This document shows positions 29,001 through 39,800 of a DNA stretch of 64,000 nucleotides, in pieces; position 1 is the first letter of the stretch; each line of letters starts with the position of its first letter. Below the pieces are notes generated by a model that saw only the letters and a program-made list of their open reading frames with translations, did no database searches and was not told the DNA's origin. A program made the translations under genes and the position numbers. Origin of the DNA: Stegostoma tigrinum (lineage: Eukaryota); contig NC_081370.1 in assembly GCF_030684315.1 (NCBI RefSeq), positions 28,213,078 through 28,277,077 on the forward strand, in the 5' to 3' direction.

Positions 29001-29264
29001 ACATTCTATTACACATAACCAACCTTTATATTGGATCATCAAACTACGTTCTCCTGTTGCTTAGATTACCTTTTCAAAAAGAAATAAAAAAGTACCTGAA
29101 TTAATGATTTTCTCATGTATATTCTTCATATTTTGTAGGAGGCTAGAAGGAAGCGAGTGGAAGATCGCAATAGAATTGCAGCAGAAAGATTTCATGAAGC
29201 AGAGAAACTGACTGAAGAACGAGAGACAGGAAGAAGAAAGAATCAGTGTGTTTCATCATTTTAG
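7853..29264 (+). CDS. C11orf16: C11orf16 homolog (vWA + DUF4537 + coiled-coil protein), spliced CDS of about 848 aa
   Basis: Exons 7853-8062, 10609-10968, 11522-11703, 12845-12974, 15045-15276, 18833-19522, 23119-23312, 24841-25013, 26344-26593, 29139-29264 have GT-AG borders with matching phases (2547 nt, open). Peptides VLARRESDGFYYRG, GDKVLAPWEPDEARYGPGTV..ETRDP and FWNGKTVKV match the C11orf16 DUF4537 region as I recall it. The gene is tail-to-tail with AKIP1, as in human. The last exon is uncertain. Confidence 0.85.
8870..10370 (+). mobile_element. Old CR1-type LINE fragments
   Basis: Degenerate endonuclease (GDF) and C-terminal sequence (GAGGAGAAATTACTTCACTCAAAG..GAATCTTTGGAATTCT). Confidence 0.65.
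10609..10968 (+). CDS. C11orf16: C11orf16-like coding exon 2 (vWA domain)
   Basis: ttttacacag acceptor; VTKWCDRLV..AIQWVQSL..AIYLVTNGLPD..RPVHIF; CAG|GTAACT; 360 nt. Confidence 0.85.
11522..11703 (+). CDS. C11orf16: C11orf16-like coding exon 3
   Basis: cctag acceptor; open frame VICIYATG..CDPQVTT; TG|GTTAGT phase-2 donor matches the next exon. Confidence 0.7.
12845..12974 (+). CDS. C11orf16: C11orf16-like coding exon 4 (start of DUF4537)
   Basis: LILGASVLARRESDGFYYRGTIKQEAE; aatag acceptor, GAG|GTAAAT donor. Confidence 0.88.
13125..13432 (+). repeat. Dispersed repeat (GGATGTGGGC..GCCAGCATTTATTGCCCATCCCTAATTGCCC family)
   Basis: Related copies at about 3480-3640, 35975-36045 plus 36745-36945 (split by a CR1 insertion) and about 37005. 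Confidence 0.7.
14470..14832 (+). mobile_element. L2-type LINE 3' end (similar remnant at about 30690-31050)
   Basis: CCATTGGCGGCCATGTCTTCAGCTG..CTTAAA..CTCTATGACCAAGCTTTTG..GAAGTGCTTTGAGATATTTTGCTATATTAAA. Confidence 0.55.
15045..15276 (+). CDS. C11orf16: C11orf16-like coding exon 5 (DUF4537)
   Basis: FLVEFD..GDKVLAPWEPDEARYGPGTVAFGIETRDPLQ; AAG|GTATGA phase 1. Confidence 0.9.
15436..15528 (-). mobile_element. Solo 3'-end fragment of the Penelope family
   Basis: Same terminal sequence, ending at ..GACCCTTCATC (hammerhead core). Confidence 0.85.
15862..16192 (+). mobile_element. HE1-type tRNA-derived SINE
   Basis: A box TGGCTCAGTGGTT, B box GGTTTGATTCCA, core GTTTGCAC..CCGGTTTCCTCCCACAGTC, LINE-like tail. 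Confidence 0.85.
17385..17862 (+). mobile_element. CR1-type LINE 3' end
   Basis: LEFRRMKNDLIETCKILRGFDRV; RNFFPQRVVNVWNSL. Confidence 0.85.
18833..19522 (+). CDS. C11orf16: C11orf16-like coding exon 6
   Basis: Largely coincides with the 237-aa ORF: SIKFWNGKTVKV..WWP..DRTVNTD..RPKWKYW; CAG|GTAAAC phase 1. Confidence 0.9.
19560..21560 (-). mobile_element. Probable decayed Gypsy LTR-retrotransposon remnants
   Basis: EWAVVRQVVVPPVY at about 21010-21055 resembles pol sequence just before the integrase zinc finger; boundaries are guesses. Confidence 0.4.
23119..23312 (+). CDS. C11orf16: C11orf16-like coding exon 7
   Basis: tcttgcag acceptor, phase-compatible open frame, AGG|GTAAAC donor. Confidence 0.7.
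23636..24470 (-). mobile_element. Older Penelope-like family 2 remnant (GIY-YIG end + 3' region)
   Basis: Degenerate peptide DDYFAERFCSVCKNDPELPVA resembles GDRFAEHLRSVRNKQLHLPVA. Terminal ..CTGCAGACGCTGGAAATCTGAAA..CTCAGCAGGTCTGGCAGC; related ends near 11197, 12245, 28364, 39052 and 49816. Confidence 0.7.
23885..24104. mobile_element. 220-bp hairpin copy of the Penelope family, nested in an older Penelope-like remnant
   Basis: Arms of about 85 bp plus tail; TSD CATAGACAAAGG at 23873-23884 and 24105-24116. Confidence 0.9.
24841..25013 (+). CDS. C11orf16: C11orf16-like coding exon 8
   Basis: AQPPPIQERLG..QWEREREQQ; CAG|GTAAGC phase 2. Confidence 0.8.
26344..26593 (+). CDS. C11orf16: C11orf16-like coding exon 9 (coiled coil)
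   Basis: ccctttttag acceptor; E/K/Q/R-rich helical peptide; CAG|GTGAAT. Confidence 0.8.
27792..27966. mobile_element. Short fold-back copy of the Penelope family
   Basis: Tailed - arm and short + arm; TSD TCATTGGGAACCTA / TCATTTGGAACCTA at 27778-27791 and 27967-27980. Confidence 0.88.
28803..28889 (-). mobile_element. Short insertion, probable third Penelope-like family end
   Basis: Perfect 21-bp TSD CATTGACCTTCATTTGAACAT (28782-28802, 28890-28910); decayed hammerhead-like TGAAGGAGCAGCGTTTTGAAAAC on - strand. Confidence 0.65.
29139..29264 (+). CDS. C11orf16: C11orf16-like coding exon 10 (probable last exon, or spliced on to 31153)
   Basis: ttttgtag acceptor; EARRKRVEDRNRIAAERF..; in-frame TAG at 29262-29264. 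Confidence 0.7.
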   Translation, partial: EARRKRVEDRNRIAAERFHEAEKLTEERETGRRKNQCVSSF

Positions 29265-30326
29265 ACATATTTAACCAGGTTCAGTCTTTGTTACCACCAC
29301 TGTAGCTCAGCTCCTTTTGAGCATTCCAGAGCCTAAATGCATTTGCAATTCCAAGAACCCATAAGTATCTGGGACAAGGCATAATGCTTTTTTGTTTCCC
29401 ATTTTTAATTTGGTTTTTTAAAATTTCTCTATTCTTCTTTACTCGTCACTTTTTAAATCTTGTTCCCAAGTTAACCTAACTATTGTCGCTATGCACCTTG
29501 GTCAGTCCAAACTGCAGAGAGCTAGCAGGGTATTGCCATTCTGCTTTGGATTACATAATTAGGAATATACTGGAATCAGAACATCAAGGGAATACACCTA
29601 CAATTCTTTTAATTTTAACTGCAACCCCCACACCACCCCACTATTCAACCCTTAAAAGTTCAGTATGGATAATAGCTACTAGCTTTGTTTTCCTCTTTGG
29701 ATTCATGGCATGTAGGCTTTGCTGGCTGGTCGGCATTTTTCCCAAATTTGGCAGGGCTGGAAGAGGGAGAAGTTGGAGGAACTGAACACTTACAGATGTG
29801 ATGCCAATCAAGTGGCTTTGTCCTGGACGGGGACACTTTTTCCTTTATCTACTCTGCCCTCACACTGTTTATAAATGGTTCCAAAAATCTCCCATCAACC
29901 TTCCCTTCTGTCAGAATAGCAACACAGCTTTGTCTATTTAACCACGTAATCAAACTTTCTCTTCTGGGGTCCGTTCTCATTAAACTGGTGGTTTCAGAAT
30001 GAGATTAAGCTGTACATCTTTCCTAAAGCAGTTTGCAGATTTAGACTAAATTGGCCAGCTGAAGCTGAGTCAGCATTTTATGAAGGCTCACCATAATTTC
30101 CTTGCTTTATAAACAGAGGCACACAGTTCTAAAGGCCAGAAGCCTGTACACCACCTCAAAACATTTTCACCCTCTGTCCTTTCATCTTAACAATCTGTAC
30201 ACATATACCCTAAGTTAAGTTACTCCTTGCCCTTTAGAATGGTATCTTACCAAAGTGCATAACTTCATATTTCTGTACGTTAATTTCATCTGACTCATGT
30301 CTACCCCTGTCACCTATCTGTACATC

Positions 30327-30519
30327 TGTTTTGAGGAAAGAATTTGGCAAGGACTCAGGATAAACAAAATTGTTTTACCAGCAATATCTTTTATAGACAC
30401 TCAATCCCAGTGAAGCATTGTTCCTAAATTCCTTTTAAAAATTGCTTACACAACTGATGAATTCATAAGCATTTCTTTCTTTTTGCCATTCACTAGCTGT
30501 GATCCTCTCTTGCCAACTC
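30327..30519 (+). repeat. 190-bp local direct duplication, copy 1 (copy 2 at 31896-32085)
   Basis: Copies differ by 2 substitutions and 2 small indels by eye. Confidence 0.95.
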
Positions 30520-31559
30520 CTCCTGAAGTCCATCACTACCCCCATCATTCTGTTAGTCATCTCCAAACTCAATGCTCCCCTGGTCAACCTTTATCCACCA
30601 TAAACCTAAGCCCAACTAAGAATCTGTACTTGTCTCTTGATTGCACATCAATTTTTGCTCATCTATAATCTATCCCTGCTCACCTACACCAATCCTAATA
30701 CCTCAAATTTAAAATGTGGATCCTCAAGTCAAAATCACTCCATGGGCTTGATTCTTCAGAACTAGTACCTCTTCCAGACCTGTAAATAGTCTTGACCTCA
30801 CCCTTCTTCTATTATGCCTTCTCCAAAGTTCTATCATTGACAACCTTTAGGTATGTGGATATGACTCTCTGCTTTATTTCTGCATATATGTCCAACTCCA
30901 TGTCCTTTAAAAATACTTTAAATGTTAGTCACAAAATTTTTGGTCTTAAGTCCTAATATATGTCTTTGATTCAACATTCATTTTTAATCTTTACCTTTTC
31001 TGAAGCATCCTGGGACATTTTATTTTGCATTAAACACACTATACAAGTAGTTTGGTCTTGTAAAGTAGAGTTAAAAGGTATGAAATGGCACTGATACAAT
31101 GATAAACGTAAATCAAATTTTTAACAAAAATATTCCTTTTATCTGTTAACAGAGCTTTTCATCTGAAACTTTATAAAACAGACTGCCATAAATCATGTAA
31201 AGACAACATGCAATAATACTGGCATGCCCAGTTCAAGCCAGTCATATAATGTACACAGACTATTACAATAGCTATCTCAGATCAAGCGCTTAGAATAAAA
31301 TTGGTATCAAGTCTCTGGCAAATACATTAGAAAATGGAACCAGTTACCTCACACCCATACTTGAAATTCGTAGAAAGGCAGTGCAATTCCCATATTGTGT
31401 TAAGATTCCAAATGGTAATGCTGGACAAGTTCTTTTCCAGAGTAAACTCTCACGGTGTACAACGATGAGATTTAAATTTTGCAGTTTGGTTACAATAGTG
31501 ATCAGTGTTCATTTTCACAAGAGGTTGCTAATGTACTTTTGAAAAAGGAAACAAATGGT

Positions 31560-31900
31560 ATAAGGGCTAAACAGACTAAATGCAAGGAGAATACTTCCCT
31601 GGTTGTGGAGTCTAGAACCAAGACACAGTCTCAGGATACAAGGTGGACCATTTAAAACAGATTTTTAGAAAAACAAACTTTTCATTTAAAAGATAATGAA
31701 CCTGTAGAATTCTCTACCACAGCAGGCTAGGGAGGCCAAATCACAGAATACATTCAAGAAAAAGAATGAGTTTAGATTTTAAAGGCATCATGAGTTTTAG
31801 GAAGAAAGCACAAACATTATATGGAGACTGAATCTCTCCCATGATCTTGCTGAGTGTCAGAGCAGGCCAAACTGCCCATTCCTGCTCCTATTTCATGTTT
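31560..31900 (+). mobile_element. CR1-type LINE 3' end, degenerate
   Basis: GAGTCTAGAACCAAGA..CAGTCTCAGGATACAAGG..CCTGCTCCTATTTC. Confidence 0.65.
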
Positions 31901-33684
31901 TGTGGAAAGAATTTAGCAAGGACTCAGGATAAACAAAATTGTTTTACCAGCAATATCTTTTATAGACACTCAATCCCAGTGAAGCATTGTTCCTAAATTC
32001 CTTTTAAAATTGCTTACACAACTGATGAATTCATAAGCATTTCTTTCTTTTTGCCATTCACTAGCTGTGATCCTCTTGCCAACTCTCTGGCTTTTCCCCA
32101 CCTAAACCCTGAGAAAAGCCAAGGACAAACAGCTTAACCCTTCTTTCTAGTTCTGATGGCCTGAAAATAGCCAAAGCTACACTACCATCTGCTAGGCTAA
32201 CACTACTGTTCTGAAACCAGCCTACTTTTGGCCTCCCTTTTTCTGGGCATGAAAGCTCTCAATTCAACAACGACCAACAGTTATCAAGTATTCATGTACT
32301 TATCCAAATGTCTTTTAAATGTTGTAACTGTACCTGCATCCACGACTTCCTCTGGCAGTTCATTCCACATATGAAACACGCTGTGAGGAAAAGTTGCTCC
32401 TCAGTGCCCTTTTAAATCTCTCTTCTTACCTTAAAATTATGCCCTCTAGTTTTGATCTCCCTAACCATAGGCAAAAGACCATTGCTAGTCACCTTATCTT
32501 TGCTCCTCACGATTTTATAAACCACTTAGTCCAAGGTCACAAACAACAGCATATTATAAACTTGCAACACAATTACCTGTCTCTATGTTTCTCACTAGAC
32601 AAAAAAGGAATATCAAAATTCAGCAGCCACTGTCACCATTCCATTGTATCACAACAGGCCTTCCTATCCAAAATAGAGGTGGTAGGTCTCAGATATGTTA
32701 ACCAACAATGCAAGATATGGAATCAGAATGACACACCACCTTATTTTGAAAAATACCCTGAACTTGTAAAAAGCTACAAGGTGAGTCAGCAATGTTTTCT
32801 TTGTTTACAAGATCAACTAGAAGCTGTTGACAGGCCCAGTGGCCAGTCTGGGAACTAGATTCCAACTAGCTGCACGTCATCAAGCAGCCAAAGTACTTAA
32901 CCAGTCCATGTTGCAAAATTCAGCTAAAAACCAACCTCCTGGATATTTGACTACAAAGGAACTTCACAACCTGCTGTGAACCTTTCATTTCAACTTATAA
33001 CTTTTGATTCCCTCCAAGAAACCTTAAGCTATTTTGTAGGAAAATACACATCATAAATCAGAGACTAAACTAACTGTATGCTGTAAAGTACATTATCTTT
33101 ATTTGCATTCAATCTGTGTGCTTATGAGACTAAGTGGATGAGGCTGAATTAATTCCAGGTGTAATAGGAGAATAAATAACCTTTATTTAAAATTCATGAA
33201 AGTTGGCTGCTGATATTTAATTGGAATACACATTCAAAGAACAGGAAAATAAGCATTTTCTCCCCCCATACAAAACACAGATTGTGGCAGTAAGAAAAGC
33301 ACATTCAATCCACCTCCGTCACATTGTGAAAATGGTTACTAAAACAAAATATTGGCCAAGTTTATTGAAAATTAATCACTTAGCTTTTTAAAAGTATAAC
33401 AGCTATATTAAAACTCAAAAGTTGTCACGTATGAAGACCATTATATAAAATACATTATATAATTCAAATACATTCAGTTTTAAAATTATTACATTCAAAT
33501 GAATTAAGCAACATCACTTCAAAATGAATTGCTTCACTCAGTCTTCAAGTGCTAGGACAAAATATTTTAATTGTAAAAGATGACCATTGCATAGATATTC
33601 AAAATTCCAAACCCCCCTTAATGAAAATAAGTGCAGGGCCATTGGTGATTGCCACAAGCCATCCAACTTTTTATTGCACATACT

Positions 33685-33828
33685 TCAAACATTAAAGGCA
33701 AGATTGATCGTCTGATCTGGACCCAAATGTATGACGCGAGTCTGCTGTCTCTCTGACATTTTGGATTTTGCTGTCACTGCATAAGAACCTGGTGCCACTT
33801 GAATATGAACTTTGTCACTGCATCTAAC
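33685..33828 (-). CDS. AKIP1: AKIP1 last coding exon
   Basis: [50 protein letters not shown]; AATAAA signals downstream on - strand (e.g. 33366-33361). Confidence 0.9.
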   Translation of the reverse strand, partial: VRCSDKVHIQVAPGSYAVTAKSKMSERQQTRVIHLGPDQTINLAFNV

Positions 33829-36800
33829 CTATTCGTTTTAAAAAAAAAAGGGAAATGTTAGCAACAGCAAGTCATATTACCACATTAGTTTGTATTGTTT
33901 TAAAAAACATCTAATATAGCAACTGTCAGCCTTATTGCTCATCCTAATTGATATTTGACAAATTAGCTGTTGTGTAAGGACTACTTGTTAGCCATTTGTA
34001 ACCTTGGATTTCTTGAATGCAGTTGGCAACATCAACATGCAGCGAGAACATCAAAAAGTTATAGGCCATTTTATGCAACAGAGACTCCAGACACTGATCA
34101 AAAACAAAGCTCCTGCTGCTCAGAGGGTCTGTGCATAGAGTGGTGTGCAGACGTATTGACTTCTGGTTCCAGAAGCTGCTGCAAAGTCTGAGAGTGTATG
34201 TAAAGAAAGTGGTCATGCCATCAAAAGCAGTGTCAAGAATTAGAAAGAGATCATGGGAACTGCAGATGCTGGAGAATTCAAGATAATAAAGTGTGAAGCT
34301 GGATGAACACAGCAGGCCAAGCAGCATCTCAGGAGCACGTCCGTCACAGGCCTCCTGCAGTGCCACAATGATGCCACCCCAAGGTTGCAGGAACAGCAAC
34401 TCATATTCCGCTTGGGAATCCTGCAGCCCAATGGTATCAATGTGGACTTCACCAGCTGAAAAAATCTCCCCTTCCCCCACCGCATCCCAAAACCAGCCCA
34501 GTTCGTCCCCTCCCCCACTGCATCCCAAAACTAGCCCAGCCTGTCTCTGCCTCCCTAACCCGTTCTTCCTCTCACCCATCCCTTCCTCCCACCTCAAGCT
34601 GCACCTCCATTTTGTACCTACTAACCTCATCCCACCCCCTTGACCTGTCCGTCTTCCCTGGACTGACCTACTCCTCCCTACCTCCCCACCTATACTCCTC
34701 TCCACCTATCTTCTTTTCTCTCCATCTTCAGTCCGCCTCCCCCTCTCTCCCTATTTATTCCAGAACCCTCTCCCCATCCCCCTCTCTGATGAAGGGTCCA
34801 GGCCCGAAACGTCAGCTTTTGTGCTCCCGAGATGCTGCTTGGCCTGTTGTGTTCATCCAGCTTCACACTTTATCAAGAATTAGAAACTTCCTTTTGCTAA
34901 CGCCAGCTATCAAACTATTTGTGCATAGGTACAGTGGCATGCAGTTAATGACTCACTTAAAAGAACAAACTACCAGAGAATCGCTGGTAGCAAAACGCAC
35001 CAAGGGAGAGATTCACTTTGGACCTAAGCACTTTTAGAATATTAGCTCCCCACCCCACCCCCTGATCAATATTACATCTTTTTACCACCAGCTAAGTGTA
35101 CAAAATGATTAATTATGAATTTACTTAGACTGCCCCTATCATATGTTCCCTTGCCTATTCTACATCAAGACCTATCACTCACAGGAGCTTTGGTGATTGA
35201 TGGTCCCATGTGATATCGACGAATATGGTTTTCTTCCAATCTGTCTCTTTCATTCAGTGGTACATCCTTATAGTAGTGCTACAAGATAAAAGCCACAGTG
35301 ATATGATTACCAAATGTTAATCATACTCAGACTTCATTCATACCTTTATAACTTGAAATGAGCTATTTCACCACAGTTTGAGTGATACATCAAGTTGCAA
35401 AACATTACCTCTTGGGATTGTGCACCATGTATTTTCTGCCAGTAGTTCAATGTTATTTCACAGTGCTGTTATACTCAAGACAACAATTTCAGGTTATATA
35501 AGCAAGTATTAAAAAGTTGGCAGAGCTGCATTTTACTGAAGATTTGTCACTGACCAGTTAAAGTTTTGACAGTTTTTATCAAATTCATCTCATGTCTACT
35601 AAAATGCTGGTTAAATGCCATTACTACTGAAGATAGCTACAAAGCAGCAAATCTTTTGTTCAGATTAAAAGTATTGTTAAGTAATCAATTCAAAAGAGAA
35701 TTTCACCTCTGACATAAATCTAATACAAAATTGGCCGAGTTGGGCTTGGGGTACTTGTCAATATCAGATTTGACCAAGTTGATTTCCAAATAATAACCAT
35801 GGCTAATATAAAATGAATTAAGTGTGTGCAAAATACATTGTGTAACTGGTCTAAAAACTGCAGTACACCATCTCACCAGAAAGGGAGTATACTTAAGTTT
35901 GTAGAAAGAAATAAAGTAAAATCAAAAGTCAGTTTTTAGCCTTAGCTTCTGTTTTTTTTTGGATTTTTTCCATAGGATGTGAGCGCCTTGTTAGCCAGGT
36001 CAGCATTTATTGCCAATTCCTAATTGCCTAGAGGGCAGTTAAGAATAAAGAACAATGAAAATTACAGCATAGGAACAGGCCCTTCAGCCAGCCAAGCCTG
36101 CGCCAATCTGGATCTTCTATCTAAACCTGTTGCCTATTTTCCAAGGATCTGTATCGCTCTGCTCCCTACTATTCACATATCCGTCTAGACACATCTTAAA
36201 TGACTATTATGTCTGCCTCTACCACCTCTGCTGGCAACACGTTCCAGGCACCCACCACCCTCTACATAAAGAAATTTCCACACATCTCCCTTAAACTTTT
36301 CTCCCGTCATCCTAGCAATTGAGTCCCCCACTCTGGGGGGAAAAGCTTTTTGCTATCCACCGTCTATAACGCTCATGATTTTGTAGACCTCAATCAGGTC
36401 CCCCCTCAACCTCAGTCTTTCTAAAGTAAATTACCCTAATCTACTCAACCTCTCTTCATAGCTAGTGCCCTCCATACCAGGCAACATCCTGGTGAATCCC
36501 CTATGCACCCTCTCCAAAGTCATCCACATTCTTTGGGCAATGTGGCAACCAGAACTGTACGCGGTATTCCAAGTGTGGTTGAACCAAAGTCTTCTACAAC
36601 TGTAACATGACCTGTGAACTCTTGTACTCAATACCCCGTCCGATGATTGAAAGCATGCCATATGCCTTCTTGACCACTATTAACCTGCATGGCCATTCAG
36701 GGCGCAACAGACCTGAACACCCAGATCTCTCTGTGCATCAGAGTCTGCCATATTGCTGTGGGTCTGGAGTCAAGTGTAGGCCAGACCAGGGAAGGGCAGC

Positions 36801-39800
36801 GGTTTCCTTCATAAGAAGGATATTAATGAACAAGGTGGGTTTTCTTGCCCAAAATTGACTAAGAATTCATGATCATTGTTCTTAATTCCAGATCCCCAGA
36901 ACATTAATAGACTAGTGAAAACACCACTAGGCCAACTACTCCCCTTAATACAGTCACATGTTGATCACATGATACTCAAGAAAATTTTACTCCTTCCACT
37001 GTGTGTGGGGGTCAATAGCAAGGTCAGTATTGTTGCCAAGCCCAACTGATCTTGAATTGCTGATGAGCCACCTTCTTGAAATGCTGCAATCCATGTGGTA
37101 TAGGTACAACCACAACAAAATTAGGGATACTGTAATATTTACACAATGTAATACAGCTAGGACTTAACCCTCGAGAACTTCTGCAGTGATGCCCTGGTAT
37201 GAGATACTGGCCTCAAAACAACAACCATCTTCCCAGCATCAGGTACATTAGTGACCCAAAACAGCGCACCCCAAAGTGATACCACTGTTTGTTTAAAGCA
37301 TCAAAAACAAAACCCAGGGAATATCATTTAAATAACAGTGTGGGAAAAAAAATTGATTTTAGATTATCTGAATTGCTGAGAAAACAAGAGATAGTTGAGC
37401 AACTCCTGACACAAGTGATCTTTCAACAGTAATTATTAACTTTAAATTTACACCAGGACCTAATTAGCACTCGACTTAGAGCACCTACCCAAAAGGCAGA
37501 CTTGAAGACTATCCTTATAGAAACAGTGCAGGTCAACATTTAAAACCGTGCTCAGGCCCAGACTACAACCATCACCAGCAATGGCGACTCATTTAAAATA
37601 TCAGCGGGACTGAGAAATGTAGGAGATTAAAGAGACGTAAAGGATTGGGGCCACAGTAAGATCAGAAACTTAGAATCAATGTATTGTTTTAAAGTTAGCC
37701 AATGTAGATCTCAAAATATAGGGGCAATAGGGAAAGGGCCTTCTGCAAGATAAGACATGGACAGTATAGTTTCAGATTACCTCAGGTTTAAAGAGGGTAG
37801 AGGGTGGGAGACTAGTCAGAAATGCGTAAATGTATAAACTAGAGGTAAGAAAGAAATGAAGGAGGGGTTCACCAGCAGATAAGTCAAGGCAATGTGAAAT
37901 TGGGTAATATTCATTATGTGGAAACAGTGCTTAGTAATGGCACGTTAACATGGTTGGCAGCTCATCACAGGATCAAATCTGATACAAAGCTTGTAAAGGT
38001 ACCAGCTTAATCTCAGAATGTTGTCAGAGAAGGGTTTAAGGATTGACAAGTTATTCTTAACATTTGTCCAGTAATTCTTGATTCTTTCTCAGCTTCTTGT
38101 TCCATGTATCGCAGTCTCTAGCGCAAAACACCCAAAGCACTGCACTTATCTATCTTGGATCTCCGTACAAACAATAATAGTCATCATGACCATGCTCGTA
38201 TTATATAAAAGTTCTTGACTTTTGTGTATCCTGGATACATTCCTAACATTCATTTCAATCAATTTAACTATACTTAATTACATAAACTCTTCCTATTTTC
38301 CATAACTAGCCCTCAATAAATACAAGGGATAGCTATTGTGTCAAACCCCAACTTTTGGTTTTTTTTTAAAAACATAAAGTAATTACAAGTCCTTTTTTGT
38401 TTATTCTTTAAAAGTCCTGCCTTTACAAAACTGTTAGTCTGCCAAGGTGTACAATTTTTTGCCAACTGCTTAACTACATTTCTTCCCATTATAATTTTGT
38501 AATCTGATATTTTAAAAATGGTGGGACCTCGGTGTTAATTGTATAATCGAGTATTCAATTGTGTTCAGATGGTGGGCAATATCTAGGGTTTTACTTGTAA
38601 AAAGCACATTGGATGGTTGGTTTTGAGGTGCATGTTTGTAAAGCTTTAAATAAATCTTACGAAAAGTTTGTAAAGGTTGGGCATCAGTTTTCTGTACTAT
38701 CACCTGCCTTTCTGGAACAAAACACTTGCACAGAATCTTGTAGTCACATTAAAACAGACGCGCTGGTTTTACATCTGATGAATAATAGTAACCCTCTCAA
38801 GTGAAGATTATGCTCAGTCAGTATAGCCTGCAATATTGGATCCACTTTGCTGGCATCCTTAAAAAAAAGTTTGGTAATTTGTGACAAAAAAGTTGTACAG
38901 ATTATAATATCTGCATTTCTTACCTTACACTGCCTGCTAGCATGAGCCAAACATTGTAGAACTGAAGCAAAAGCTTCATCAATATCAGTCCACTCTGATT
39001 TAGCCTGAAAAAGAGACAAAATCATAGTCACGCAAGTAAAAGTGAAACAAAAAAAAGTAAAATATGCAGATACTGGAAATCTAAAATGAAAAAAGTGTTG
39101 CAGGCCTGGTAGCATCTATAGAGAGAGAAACAACATTATTATTTCAATATGACTCAAACAGTTCTGAATTGTCAAATTGAACTTTAAATATTAACTGCTT
39201 CTCTCCCCATAGATTCTAGCCAACATGTTCAATTTCTCCAGCACTTTGTTTCTAATAATCAGAGCAACATTGGGTTTTTAAGATGCCACCAGTCAGTCTA
39301 CCGTGATGCTGACATGGCTATAAGCATATACTTACTGCCTAACAGGCATAAGATACAATACATTTTTAAACTTGCCATCACTGCTAAGTAAGTGGTGCTG
39401 TAACTGGTAGGAGAGAAAATTAAGAATAAAATGACAGTAAGACAGGAGTCATAATTAGTAATTTTGAGAACCAAAGATAGAAAAGGATATTGATATATGA
39501 TAGAATGGACAAAGAAAAAACTATCACATGGAATTTAATGAGTGAAAGAGACACAGAAAGCAAATTAAAAAAACACTACAGGTGAATTATGTTAACTTCC
39601 GACATTGAAGATATAAGAAGCTGTAACTAAGTTAAAACAGGGCATTTAGATAAGTCCAAAATAATCAGAAGGGTCAACATTTCCTTTGTGAAAAGGAACT
39701 CATGTTTAATCAATGTATTGACATCACTGATCAACTAATGTGCTGTGGATAAAGAGGATACAAGGTGTAATAACATAAATAACAACAGTATAAGTGAAAC

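Noticed and set aside
32658-32780. Exon-like segment (acag|AFLSKIEV..KSYK|gtgagt) on +
   Set aside because: No phase-compatible donor links it to the last C11orf16-like exon, the peptide is unrecognised and the region looks LTR-like.
33944-34705. 253-aa ORF
   Set aside because: Antisense Penelope sequence running into intron; no splice or homology support.
39336-39403. 68-nt exon-like segment on - in an AKIP1 intron
   Set aside because: It has good splice signals, but its length restores frame with neither candidate upstream donor; at most a poison exon.
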